Assembly (NCBI GenBank): GCA_016212275.1
Contig: JACRGR010000062.1
Location: forward strand, 1-29,521
DNA length: 29,521 nt
Reading direction: 5' to 3'
DNA from: Nitrospinota bacterium
GTDB taxonomy: Bacteria > Nitrospinota_A > UBA7883 > JACRGQ01
The stretch's first letter is position 1. The number at the start of each line of letters is the position of its first letter. This document shows positions 17,760 to 26,229 of the stretch, in pieces. Below the pieces are notes generated by a model. That model was not told where the DNA came from. It saw nothing but the letters and a program-made list of their open reading frames with translations, and did not search any database. Position numbers and translations under genes: made by a program.

Positions 17760-18821
17760 ATGGCAAAAGTGTACAAAACCGCGGTGGTGGGATGCGGCCG
17801 GATAGCGTCCCTTCTGGAAGAAGACCCCCTGCGCGAAAAACCGGCCACCCACGCAGGCGCTCTCGCCGCGCACCCGGCCACAAAGATCGCCGCCGCGTGC
17901 GACATAAACGCCGAGCGGCTGGAACGCTTCGGCAGGAAGTGGGGCGTCCCTTCCCCCTATTGGTACCGCGACCACCGCGAAATGCTCCGCCGCGCACAGC
18001 CGGAGATCGTGAGCATCGCCACTTGGACGGACAGCCATTGCGAGATAGTTTTGGAGGCCGCCAAGACCCCTTCCGTCAAGGGCATCTATTGCGAAAAACC
18101 GATCGCCTCCAGCATGTCGGAGGCGGACCGGATGATAGCGGCGTGCAAAAAACGCGGCATCCCGCTGGTTATAGGGCACGAGCGGCGCTTCGACGCGAAC
18201 TTCGTGCGCGTGAAGGAGATCATCGAGAAGGGAACGCTGGGGAAGCTGAAAACCATTTTCGCGCAGGCTCTCTCCTTGCCCGTCCCCGCCTTGCCCCGCA
18301 AAAAATATGTGGGAGGCACCCTGTTGCACGACGGCACCCACCTGATGGACCTGGCGCTATATTTCGGCGGCCCGGCAAAATGGGTGATCGGCTTCAACAA
18401 GCGCCCCTACGGCAAGGAGAACATCGAGACCACCGCTGGCGGCATCATCAAGATGGAAAACGACGTGACCGTGTTCGTGGAAGGCGGCGGCGAGCGGGAA
18501 TACTTCAAGTTCGACCTCGATCTCCAATTCGAGCGCGGCAGGATACTTATCGGCAATTCCGGCATCCACGCTTTCGCGGCGGGGAAAAGCCGTCACTATA
18601 CGGGGTTCCGCGAACTGCACCCGGTGCCGTTCCCCGCGCCGAAAACGCGGGTGAACTCGCTGGTGGGGGGCGTGGCGGAAGTCGTGCGCGCCATACGCAC
18701 CGGCAAGGAGCCGGTATCCAACGGGCAGGACGCGCGCGACGCGCTGGCGCTCATCATGGCGGTGTATGAATCGGCGGGCGCCGACGGCAAAAAGATACGC
18801 ATCGGGAACGGCCTAGGGTGA
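17760..18821 (+). CDS. Gfo/Idh/MocA-family NAD(P)-dependent oxidoreductase
   Basis: 353 aa. N-terminal Rossmann motif TAVVGCGRIAS, then EKPIASSMSEADRMIAACKKRGIPLVIGHERRF typical of the family. Confidence 0.88.
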   Translation: MAKVYKTAVVGCGRIASLLEEDPLREKPATHAGALAAHPATKIAAACDINAERLERFGRKWGVPSPYWYRDHREMLRRAQPEIVSIATWTDSHCEIVLEAAKTPSVKGIYCEKPIASSMSEADRMIAACKKRGIPLVIGHERRFDANFVRVKEIIEKGTLGKLKTIFAQALSLPVPALPRKKYVGGTLLHDGTHLMDLALYFGGPAKWVIGFNKRPYGKENIETTAGGIIKMENDVTVFVEGGGEREYFKFDLDLQFERGRILIGNSGIHAFAAGKSRHYTGFRELHPVPFPAPKTRVNSLVGGVAEVVRAIRTGKEPVSNGQDARDALALIMAVYESAGADGKKIRIGNGLG

Positions 18822-19558
18822 GCGCCAACCCGGTCGTTATCATCCAGGCGCGGATGGGTTCCACCCGCCTGCCCGGCAAAACGATGATGGAAATTGCCGG
18901 TCGCCGACTTATTGATTGGGTATTGGATGGCGCGCGGGCAATAAAGAACGCGCGCGGTATCATCGTGGCGATTCCCGAAAACCCGGAGGATGATCCGCTT
19001 GAGGCCTATCTAAATGAGCGCGGCGTTTCCTGCTTCCGCGGCTCGTCCGAAGATGTACTGGACCGCTTTTACCGCGCCGCGCTGGAAGCAAAAGCGGACC
19101 CGGTTATCCGTCTGTGCGCCGATAGTCCCCTCCCCTCGGCGGAATATATGGACATGATGATAGAAACACACCTGAAGACCGGCGCGGACCACACGCATAA
19201 CGACGGGCTGTTCCCGCTCGGCTCGTATGGCGAGGTGGTCTCGTTCACTACACTGGAACGGATGTGGCGCGAGGCGAAGACGGTGCATTGCCGCGAACAT
19301 GTGACGCCGTTCATCCACGAAAACCCGCAGTCCTTCCGCGTGAACCGTGTTCAGGCTCCCGCATGGATGCAAAGGGACTACCGGCTGACGATAGACACGG
19401 CGAAGGACAGGGAGATGATGGAAACGCTCTTCCGCGCGATGATGGATCAGGGCCTTCCGGTGAATTTCACGAACGCGATGGCGGTGCTGGAAGCCCGGCC
19501 GGAGATCGCGGCCATCAATTCGACGGTGCCGCAAAAAGACTGGCGCAAGGGGGAGTGA
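18818..19558 (+). CDS. sugar cytidylyltransferase (KdsB/NeuA/SpsF-like GT-A fold)
   Basis: 246 aa. VVIIQARMGSTRLPGKTMMEIAGRRLIDWV matches the ARxxSxRxPxK motif of CMP-sugar synthetases. GTG start overlapping the upstream stop. Confidence 0.85.
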   Translation: MSANPVVIIQARMGSTRLPGKTMMEIAGRRLIDWVLDGARAIKNARGIIVAIPENPEDDPLEAYLNERGVSCFRGSSEDVLDRFYRAALEAKADPVIRLCADSPLPSAEYMDMMIETHLKTGADHTHNDGLFPLGSYGEVVSFTTLERMWREAKTVHCREHVTPFIHENPQSFRVNRVQAPAWMQRDYRLTIDTAKDREMMETLFRAMMDQGLPVNFTNAMAVLEARPEIAAINSTVPQKDWRKGE

Positions 19559-19567
19559 GCGGAACGG

Positions 19568-20029
19568 TTACAAAATATCCTTGAAGCGGCCCTGCGATGC
19601 GCGCAGGCGCAGGCTGATGTTCTTCGCCAACCCTTTGAGCACCTTAATCCCGGTCTTCGGCTGTTCGTCCAATATCTTGTCGAACTTGTATTTGGTCAAT
19701 ATCAGTATCTCGCACGGCGTGGCGGTCCGCACCGTGGCGGAACGCTCGTAGTCGTCCAATAGCGCCATTTCCCCCACCGACGCGCCCGGGCCGAAATTGG
19801 CGATGATCCGGTGCTTTTTTCCGTCCCCCGTCAGGCTCACCTCCACCATGCCGTCGATCACGAAGAACAGGTAGTCCCCCATCTCCCCCTCGCTGAACAG
19901 CACGGTTCCCTCGTCCACCTGCCGCAGGCTTAAATACTGCGTGAACATCCGAATCTCGTCATCGCTGAACGAGTCGAAGAACGGCAGACCCTTGACCACA
20001 TTGATGACGTTTTCCCGCGTGCGTTCCAT
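19568..20029 (-). CDS. stand-alone cyclic-nucleotide-binding (CAP_ED) domain protein
   Basis: 153 aa from an ATG preceded by AAAGGGG: FGPGASVGEMALLDDYERSATVRTATPCEIL carries the GE.AL...RSA phosphate-binding cassette. No output domain. An upstream TTG/ATG at 20047 is a possible alternative start. Confidence 0.85.
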   Translation of the reverse strand: MERTRENVINVVKGLPFFDSFSDDEIRMFTQYLSLRQVDEGTVLFSEGEMGDYLFFVIDGMVEVSLTGDGKKHRIIANFGPGASVGEMALLDDYERSATVRTATPCEILILTKYKFDKILDEQPKTGIKVLKGLAKNISLRLRASQGRFKDIL

Positions 20030-20043
20030 ACAATTCGCCCCTT

Positions 20044-22098
20044 TCAATCGGTATTCATCAGGAACAGCCGGTGTTGGCCTTGAATCCCTTTAAGTTCAAA
20101 AAAGCCGATGAGACGGGTTACGAACCCGGCCTCCTTCGTTATATCCGTATTCACCGATTCGGTGAGCACCACCCGGTTCACCAGCGGCAGTTCTTCCGGC
20201 TTCATGCCCCCGTCCGCCGGTTTCATCCCGGCGGCCTTCACCCCTTCCACGCGGAAGGTCATATTCACGGCGGTGCCGAGGCGGTCCCCTTTGTCGTCCA
20301 CGCGGGTCTCCCCCTGGTTGATGGCGATGCGTATGTCTATCCGCTCCTGCGGGGGGAGCGTCTCGTTGGTCCGGCGCATGGTCAGGAGTATCTCCTTGGC
20401 GAAATTGACGGCGTTCTTCACTTCGTTGAAGGTCATCAGATAGCCGTCGCCGGTGCTCTTGGTGAACTTCACGCGGTATTTCGAGGCGATCGGCTTCGTC
20501 AATTCCACCAGCCGGTTGGTGAGCTTGAAGGCGAAGTCGTCGCCGTACTTCGAGCCGATGTCGGTGGAGTTGGCGAGGTCGAGCACCAAGATGGCTTCCT
20601 TGAGCACCTTCACGTTCCCCACCAGCGGGCTGGTGAAGATGGTGCTCCCGCCGGTCCACTTGCTCCGCTCCTGCTCGGCGATGATCTGGTTGGCCTTCAC
20701 CGCGTGGCCGGTCATCTGCTTGATGATGTCCAGCGCGGTGTCACGCATCTCGGCGTCGGAATCTTTCACGCAGGCTTTTATCAGCGGTAGCGTGGCCTTT
20801 TCCTGCGCGCGGCCCAGCGCCTTCAGCGCCTCCAGGCGCACGGTGCGCTCCGGGTCGTCAAGAAAATCGGCAAGGTATGAAATGGCCTTTTCGCCGCCGA
20901 TCTCCCCCAGCGCGGCGGGCACGGTCCAGCGCACGTCGTGGTCGTCGGCCAGCGGCAGGATATGCTCGATGGCGCGCTCGTCCTTCATCTTGCCCAGCGC
21001 CACCACCGCCTTTTCGCGCACCCACCAATCCTTGTCGTTCAGCATTCCCAGCAGAGGCTCGAACGCCGCCTTGTCCGGCACACGCACGAAATACTCGATG
21101 GCGGCTCTGCGCACGTTCTCGTCCGGCGTCGCGAAAAGCTCGATGACGCGGGCGGCGACCCCCGGCACGTTCATCACCGCCAGCGCGTCGGTGGCGATCT
21201 CCCGTACCCACCAGTCGGCGTCCTGTATGCACCGGATCAGCGTTTCGGAGCCTTTCACGTTCTTGAGCTTGCTCAGTATCTCCACGCCGGCCCTGCGGAC
21301 GTTCACCTCCGCGTCCCGCATGAAGTTGATGATCTCCGGCACGATGGTCTCGTCCGCGATGTTCTCCAGCGCCTCCACCACGGCCTGCCGCACTATCATG
21401 TCGTTGTCCGTGATGCTCGGCAGTATCACCCGCGCGGCGCGCACGTTCCCCACCTGCCCCAAGGTCTGGATGACCGTTATCTTTATCTTCGGGTCCTTCT
21501 CCAGCGAGAGCAGGTCCACCAGCGCGTCAATGGAGGCGGGATCCTTTATCCTGCAGATGGCCTCGACCGCTTTTTTACGCACCCACCAGTCGGGCGATTT
21601 CAATAGGGGAAGCAGGAAGGCGCTGGCCTTCGCCCCGCCCACATCCGCTATCAGCCCCATGCTCACGCTCTTGAGATCCTTGTCCTCCTCGGAGAGGTAG
21701 GGAATCAGTTTCTCGGCCACCGAGGGCGAGGCAAGCGCGCGCAAAAGTTCCGCTATCCCCCGTCGGCAGGTGGCGTCCGCATCCTTCAACCGCTCCACGA
21801 GGCGCGCGACCGCGCCGGGGCCGGTCTTTTGCTGGATGATCTCGCGGGCGCGTGTGCGCAACTGCTCTTTGCTGTCGCCCAAAAGCGTGATGTAACCGTC
21901 GAGCATCTCCTTGTCATAGAGGCTGGCAAGGTATTTGTCCAGATCGGCAAAAAGTATCTTGTTCGCCTTGAAGGCGTCCACCAAAGCTTTCAGCCCGTCT
22001 TCGCCGTATTCGCGCAGGGACTTTAAGGTCTCGGCGTGGTCTTTTCCCACCTCGGTAAGCTGGGAAATGAGCCGCGATATTTTGAACCCTTCAAACAT
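20044..22098 (-). CDS. HEAT-repeat (PBS-lyase type) protein fused to a class III adenylate/guanylate cyclase catalytic domain
   Basis: 684 aa. Repeated DPDWWVRKKAVEAI / DADWWVREIATDAL / DKDWWVREKAVVAL HEAT-like units. C-terminal cyclase core ILVLDLANSTDIGS...KFTKSTGDGYLMTF...GTAVNMTFRVEG with the metal-Asp, Lys and Asn/Arg positions present. Confidence 0.85.
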   Translation of the reverse strand: MFEGFKISRLISQLTEVGKDHAETLKSLREYGEDGLKALVDAFKANKILFADLDKYLASLYDKEMLDGYITLLGDSKEQLRTRAREIIQQKTGPGAVARLVERLKDADATCRRGIAELLRALASPSVAEKLIPYLSEEDKDLKSVSMGLIADVGGAKASAFLLPLLKSPDWWVRKKAVEAICRIKDPASIDALVDLLSLEKDPKIKITVIQTLGQVGNVRAARVILPSITDNDMIVRQAVVEALENIADETIVPEIINFMRDAEVNVRRAGVEILSKLKNVKGSETLIRCIQDADWWVREIATDALAVMNVPGVAARVIELFATPDENVRRAAIEYFVRVPDKAAFEPLLGMLNDKDWWVREKAVVALGKMKDERAIEHILPLADDHDVRWTVPAALGEIGGEKAISYLADFLDDPERTVRLEALKALGRAQEKATLPLIKACVKDSDAEMRDTALDIIKQMTGHAVKANQIIAEQERSKWTGGSTIFTSPLVGNVKVLKEAILVLDLANSTDIGSKYGDDFAFKLTNRLVELTKPIASKYRVKFTKSTGDGYLMTFNEVKNAVNFAKEILLTMRRTNETLPPQERIDIRIAINQGETRVDDKGDRLGTAVNMTFRVEGVKAAGMKPADGGMKPEELPLVNRVVLTESVNTDITKEAGFVTRLIGFFELKGIQGQHRLFLMNTD

Positions 22099-22294
22099 CG
22101 TTCTTGTCTTTTCCCCAGTCCTTGGCCTTCCACAGGAACCGCAACAATAGCCACACGTTCACCGCCAACACGAACAATGCGGCGGCGATATACCAGCTTT
22201 TGTGCGTCAAAGTTGTCCTCGCTCCAAACCTCTCCCACCCCCGCGATGGAACACCGCGGGGATTAGGTGAGTTTACCATAAATCGCGGAAACAT
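22091..22294 (-). CDS. candidate small membrane protein (67 aa) overlapping the cyclase start
   Basis: ORF MFPRFMVNSPNPRGVPSRGWERFGARTTLTHKSWYIAAALFVLAVNVWLLLRFLWKAKDWGKDKNDV with one TM helix and high third-position GC. Its 3' end overlaps the cyclase start by 8 nt. An in-frame GTG at 22345 is an alternative start. No strong RBS. Confidence 0.25.
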   Translation of the reverse strand: MFPRFMVNSPNPRGVPSRGWERFGARTTLTHKSWYIAAALFVLAVNVWLLLRFLWKAKDWGKDKNDV

Positions 22295-22420
22295 CTTAAT
22301 TTGCGGCCCCAGCGCCTTCCGTGAACGGCAGAAATCTTCCCCCACCCCGCTCCGGGTGAGGTATTATGGACGTGGTTGGCATTTGCGCCGCCTCCAATAC
22401 AAATCACTCAAGGAGGACGT

Positions 22421-23179
22421 ATGGTTTATATCGCCGCATTGGTCATTTTGCTGTTCATAATCGTTCCGGCAAGCATCAAGATCATTTACGAATACGAGCG
22501 GGGCGTGGTGTTCCTCTTCGGTAAATACTTCGCCACCTACGACAAGGGGATAAAACTCCTCATTCCCGGCGTGATGACGATGGTGCGGGTGGATATGCGC
22601 CTCATCGCGCTGGACGTGCCGTCGCAAGACATCATCACGAAGGACAACGTGTCCATCACCATCAACGCGGTGGTGATGTACAAGGTAATGGAGGCCGAAA
22701 AGGCGGTCATCAAGGTGGGGGACTACCATTACAACGCCTCCCTGCTCTCGCAGACCACGCTCCGCGCCACCGTGGGCCAGCACGAGCTGGACGAGGTGCT
22801 GAGCATGCAGGATCGGATAAACGCGCGCCTGCAGGAACTGCTCGACCACCAGACCGACCCGTGGGGCATCAAGGTTGCCTCCGTGGCCATCAAGCATGTG
22901 GACTTGCCGCAGGAGATGAAGCGCGCAATGGCGAAGCAGGCCGAGGCCGAGCGGGAACGCCGCGCCAAGATCATCAACGCCGAAGGCGAACTGCAAGCCA
23001 GCGAAAAACTGATGCAGGCCGCCGAGATGATGGGCAAGCACCCGATGACGCTCCAATTGCGCTACCTGCAAACCCTGCGGGAGATCGCCACCGAGAACAA
23101 CTCCGTGACCGTGTTCCCGCTCCCGATGGACATTATCATGCCGATAGTGAAAGCGGCCTCTCAGGCATTAAACAAATAG
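22421..23179 (+). CDS. SPFH/band-7 (stomatin/prohibitin-like) membrane protein
   Basis: 252 aa from an ATG preceded by a perfect AAGGAGG. N-terminal TM helix MVYIAALVILLFIIV, then an SPFH core (YEYERGVVFLFGKY...) and a coiled-coil tail rich in AEAERERRAK. Confidence 0.88.
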   Translation: MVYIAALVILLFIIVPASIKIIYEYERGVVFLFGKYFATYDKGIKLLIPGVMTMVRVDMRLIALDVPSQDIITKDNVSITINAVVMYKVMEAEKAVIKVGDYHYNASLLSQTTLRATVGQHELDEVLSMQDRINARLQELLDHQTDPWGIKVASVAIKHVDLPQEMKRAMAKQAEAERERRAKIINAEGELQASEKLMQAAEMMGKHPMTLQLRYLQTLREIATENNSVTVFPLPMDIIMPIVKAASQALNK

Positions 23180-23829
23180 TGGCTCAGGGGGAAATAAAGC
23201 GGCTGGTGAACGCCACCGCCGCGCCGTGGCTGGCCTACGGGCTGATACAGGCCGTTTCCCGCACGCTGGATGCGCGGATAACCGGCGATGCGGCGTTTTG
23301 CCAAAACAACCGCCACATTCTCGCCTTCTGGCACAGCCGCATTTTCTATATGCCCTATTACTTCCGCCGCGAGAAAAACCTGCACGCCCTGGTATCCCCC
23401 AGCGCGGACGGCGACATCATCGCGGGGGCGCTCCGCCGGTTCGGCATCTTCACGGTGCGCGGCTCCTCCTTCCAGAAAGGTCCCGCGTCGCTGGTGGCGC
23501 TGGCAAAACGGGTGCGGCACGGCGCGAATGCCGCGATGATAGCCGACGGCTCGCGCGGCCCCGCGCGCATCGCCCAGCCCGGCTCCATTTACCTCGCAAT
23601 GCTCACCGGCGCTCCAATCGTCCCCATCGCGTTCGGCGCGGAAAAAAAACGGGAACTGGGCAGTTGGGACCGCACTCTTATCCCCCTTCCCTTCTCGCGC
23701 GTCAACATGGTGTTCGGCGCGCCAATGCACGTCCCCCGGAAACTATCCGAAGAAGAGATCGAAAAAAATCGGCTGGAACTTGAGGCCGCCATAAACCGGG
23801 TGACGGACATGGCGGACAGGTTTGAATGA
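23179..23829 (+). CDS. DUF374-family protein (lysophospholipid-acyltransferase-like; typically partnered with Kdo transferase)
   Basis: 216 aa from a GTG overlapping the SPFH stop by 1 nt: ...ILAFWHSRIFYMPYYF...ALVSPSADGDIIAGALRRFGIFTVRGSS...AAMIADGSRGPARIAQPGSIYLAMLTGAPIVPIAF. The N-terminal extension in the ORF track was rejected. Confidence 0.8.
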   Translation: MAQGEIKRLVNATAAPWLAYGLIQAVSRTLDARITGDAAFCQNNRHILAFWHSRIFYMPYYFRREKNLHALVSPSADGDIIAGALRRFGIFTVRGSSFQKGPASLVALAKRVRHGANAAMIADGSRGPARIAQPGSIYLAMLTGAPIVPIAFGAEKKRELGSWDRTLIPLPFSRVNMVFGAPMHVPRKLSEEEIEKNRLELEAAINRVTDMADRFE

Positions 23830-23860
23830 AACTATGAATACCCGCACTGAAAATATTAGA

Positions 23861-23899
23861 TGGTGGCACGGTCACTCCTGCCCGTGGCGTGTCCATCGG
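23861..23899 (-). repeat. REP-like repeat, copy C (inverted orientation, degenerate)
   Basis: The reverse complement ccgatggacacgccacgggcaggagtgaccgtgccacca aligns with copy A (ccgatgg...caggagtg...gccacca). Confidence 0.5.
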
Positions 23900-23932
23900 A
23901 CGCGCGCATTCCCTTTGCCCGGAAGTCTTGCG

Positions 23933-23973
23933 CCCTCTGGGCGTAACGCGGACAAGAGTGTCCGTGCCACCAA
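23933..23973 (+). repeat. REP-like repeat, copy B (direct orientation)
   Basis: ccctctgggcgtaacgcggacaagagtgtccgtgccaccaa versus copy A cccgatgggcgaaacgcggacaggagtgtccgcgccaccaa. The cgcggaca-NNNN-tgtccgYg hairpin is conserved. Copies B and C together form a roughly 113-nt imperfect palindrome. Confidence 0.6.
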
Positions 23974-24037
23974 TGAGATAGGACTTTTGCCGTGCGGAAA
24001 TCAATAATGCCGCGATCTTCCAATATGAACCGTTTAA

Positions 24038-24098
24038 TTGTCATGCCCGTGAAAACGGGCATCCAGAACCTGGATTCCCGCCTTCGCGGGAATGACAA
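24038..24098. other. 61-nt cloverleaf-like structured element (outer stem plus three hairpins) in the kdtA 5' region
   Basis: ttgtc [atgcccgt-gaaa-acgggcat] [ccag-aac-ctgg] a [ttcccgc-cttc-gcgggaa] t gacaa. All four stems are perfectly complementary. Loops are only 3-4 nt, so it is not a tRNA. Confidence 0.45.
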
Positions 24099-24134
24099 CC
24101 AGTATGTGCATCATTGTTTTTTTCGGCGCTGGCG

Positions 24135-25406
24135 ATGAGTTTTTTGTATAACCTCGCCCTGCTCTTCGGGCTGACCATATTCATTCCGTATATCGCCTGG
24201 CGGCTTTTTTCGGGCAAGGAAACGATGGAAAGCGTCAAACAAAAACTCGGCATTTATCCGGCTCCGCCACCCGCCAAAGGGGGCATCTGGATCCACGCCG
24301 TATCGGTGGGAGAAACAAAAGCGGCCATCCCGCTGGTGGAAATGCTGGCGAAAAGCGGCAAGCCGGTCATCTTCTCCGCCAGCACGCGGACCGGCATGGG
24401 GCTGGCCCGCGACCGCCTGGCCGGAAAAGCGGCCATCACCTATTTCCCGTTCGATTTCCCCTTCGCCGTGAAAAAGGCGGTGACGCATTTTTCCCCCGCC
24501 GTGGCGGTGATGATGGAAACGGAACTCTGGCCAAACTTTTTGCGCTCTTGCGCAAAAGAGGGGTGCAAAACCGTCCTTATCAACGGGCGCATCTCGGATC
24601 GCTCGTTCGGCAGGTATCGGCAGTTCAGGCCGTTCATCGCTCCCGTGCTTGAGAACATGGATATGCTTTTGATGCAATCGCGGAACGATGCGGAACGCAT
24701 TGCCGCGCTGGGCGCACGCCCGGACCGGGTGCGGGCCGCGGGCAATATCAAGTTCGATATTCCGCTCCCCGCGCCGGAGGAAAAACCCGCCATGCGGAAA
24801 AAATTCGGATTGCCGGAAGGGAAAACCGCCGTCATTTTCGCCAGCATACATCCCGGCGAGGATGAACTACTGCTGGAAACCGCCCGGCACATTTCCAGCG
24901 GACGCAACGACCTCTGTTTCGTCATCGCCCCGCGCCACATCGAGCGCGCGCAAAAGCTGGCGGAAACATGCCGGACTTATGGGTTCATTCCCGTCTTGCG
25001 TTCTTCCGGCAAACCGTTGGCGGAGGGTTCCATTTTGGTCATGGATACCATCGGCGAACTGGCGCAGGCGTATGGCGCGGCGGACATCGCCGTCATTGGG
25101 GGAAGCTTTGTCCCGCATGGAGGACAAAACCCGTTGGAGGCGGCGGCATGGGGAGTGCCCGTGGCGTTCGGGCCGCATATGGAAAATTTCCGCGAAATCA
25201 CCCAAAAACTGTTAGAATCGGGCGGCGCACAACAGGTAGCGAAATTGGCTGACTTAAATCAGCTACTGCAAAAATGGCTGGCCGATCCCGCCACCCGTTC
25301 CACGGTGGGAAAAGCGGGACGCACAACCGTTTCCGCCAACCGGGGCGCATTGGAAATGACCAAACAGGGCATTTTGGAATTACTTGGCGACACCAAAAGA
25401 GAATAA
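24135..25406 (+). CDS. waaA: 3-deoxy-D-manno-octulosonic acid (Kdo) transferase
   Basis: 423 aa. The N-terminus MSFLYNLALLFGLTIFIPYIAWRL aligns with WaaA/KdtA. Matching motifs include IWIHAVSVGETKAAIPLVE, METELWPNF and FVPHGGQNPLEAAAWGVPV. The upstream TTG at 24114 in the ORF track was not preferred. Confidence 0.88.
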   Translation: MSFLYNLALLFGLTIFIPYIAWRLFSGKETMESVKQKLGIYPAPPPAKGGIWIHAVSVGETKAAIPLVEMLAKSGKPVIFSASTRTGMGLARDRLAGKAAITYFPFDFPFAVKKAVTHFSPAVAVMMETELWPNFLRSCAKEGCKTVLINGRISDRSFGRYRQFRPFIAPVLENMDMLLMQSRNDAERIAALGARPDRVRAAGNIKFDIPLPAPEEKPAMRKKFGLPEGKTAVIFASIHPGEDELLLETARHISSGRNDLCFVIAPRHIERAQKLAETCRTYGFIPVLRSSGKPLAEGSILVMDTIGELAQAYGAADIAVIGGSFVPHGGQNPLEAAAWGVPVAFGPHMENFREITQKLLESGGAQQVAKLADLNQLLQKWLADPATRSTVGKAGRTTVSANRGALEMTKQGILELLGDTKRE

Positions 25407-25519
25407 CTGTCTCGCCATGAGGCAACGGTCGGCTATCATGTTACACTTATTGGGTAGAATGTGTTATTATCCTCAAAGTTGGATAATCAGTCAGCCATTT
25501 GTAAAGGGGTCGTACGGAG

Positions 25520-26170
25520 ATGAGTGAAGCGGAAATCAAAAAACCGGTACGGGTGATACTGGTAGAGGACGACCTGCTCCAACTGGATGTGCTAAAACTG
25601 ACGCTGGCCTCGGATGACGACATCGAGGTCGTCGGCGCCTATTCGGATCCGCGAAAAGCGTACGAGGACTTGGACCGGTCAAAGCCGGAACTCTTGCTCA
25701 CCGACATCGGCCTGCCGGGCATGACCGGCATTGAACTGATCGAGATGGTGAAAAAGAAACTGCCGGAAATAGAGATCATCGCCCTCACGGTGTTCGAGGA
25801 CATAAAAACGGTATTCGAGGCGATCAAGGCGGGGGCCAACGGCTATCTCCTCAAAAGCTCGTCGGCCAAGGACCTTTTGAAAGCGATCAAGGATATCCGC
25901 GCCGGCGGCGCGCCGATCACCCCCAAGATCGCCCGCGCGATGCTCAAGGATTTCCAATCGAAGGATGATGGCGGTGATACGGCGCTCTCCAACCGGGAGC
26001 GGGAAATACTCCAGGAAGTGGAAAAGGGGCTGGGGTACAAGGAAGTTGCCGAAACGGTGAACCTGAGCGTACATACCGTCCACTGGCATATCAAAAATAT
26101 TTTCGCTAAATTGCACGCCAAGAACAAGCGCGACGCCATATCGAAGGCCAGGGAAAAAGGCATCCTGTAA
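25520..26170 (+). CDS. NarL/FixJ-family response regulator (REC + LuxR-type HTH)
   Basis: 216 aa. Receiver VRVILVEDD...LLLTDIGLPGMTG...KSS followed by the LuxR HTH REREILQEVEKGLGYKEVAETVNLSVHTVHWHIKNIFAKL. Confidence 0.9.
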   Translation: MSEAEIKKPVRVILVEDDLLQLDVLKLTLASDDDIEVVGAYSDPRKAYEDLDRSKPELLLTDIGLPGMTGIELIEMVKKKLPEIEIIALTVFEDIKTVFEAIKAGANGYLLKSSSAKDLLKAIKDIRAGGAPITPKIARAMLKDFQSKDDGGDTALSNREREILQEVEKGLGYKEVAETVNLSVHTVHWHIKNIFAKLHAKNKRDAISKAREKGIL

Positions 26171-26229
26171 CCCCGCTTCCCCGGCGTTCCCGCTCCTTAC
26201 CGTTCGAAATTAACCACAGAGGGGAACGA

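Noticed and set aside
24038-24098. Possible tRNA or tRNA-like gene (cloverleaf).
   Set aside because: Loops are only 3-4 nt and stem lengths are 5/8/4/7 bp. There is no anticodon loop, no T-loop consensus and no CCA context. Kept as a structured element, not a tRNA.
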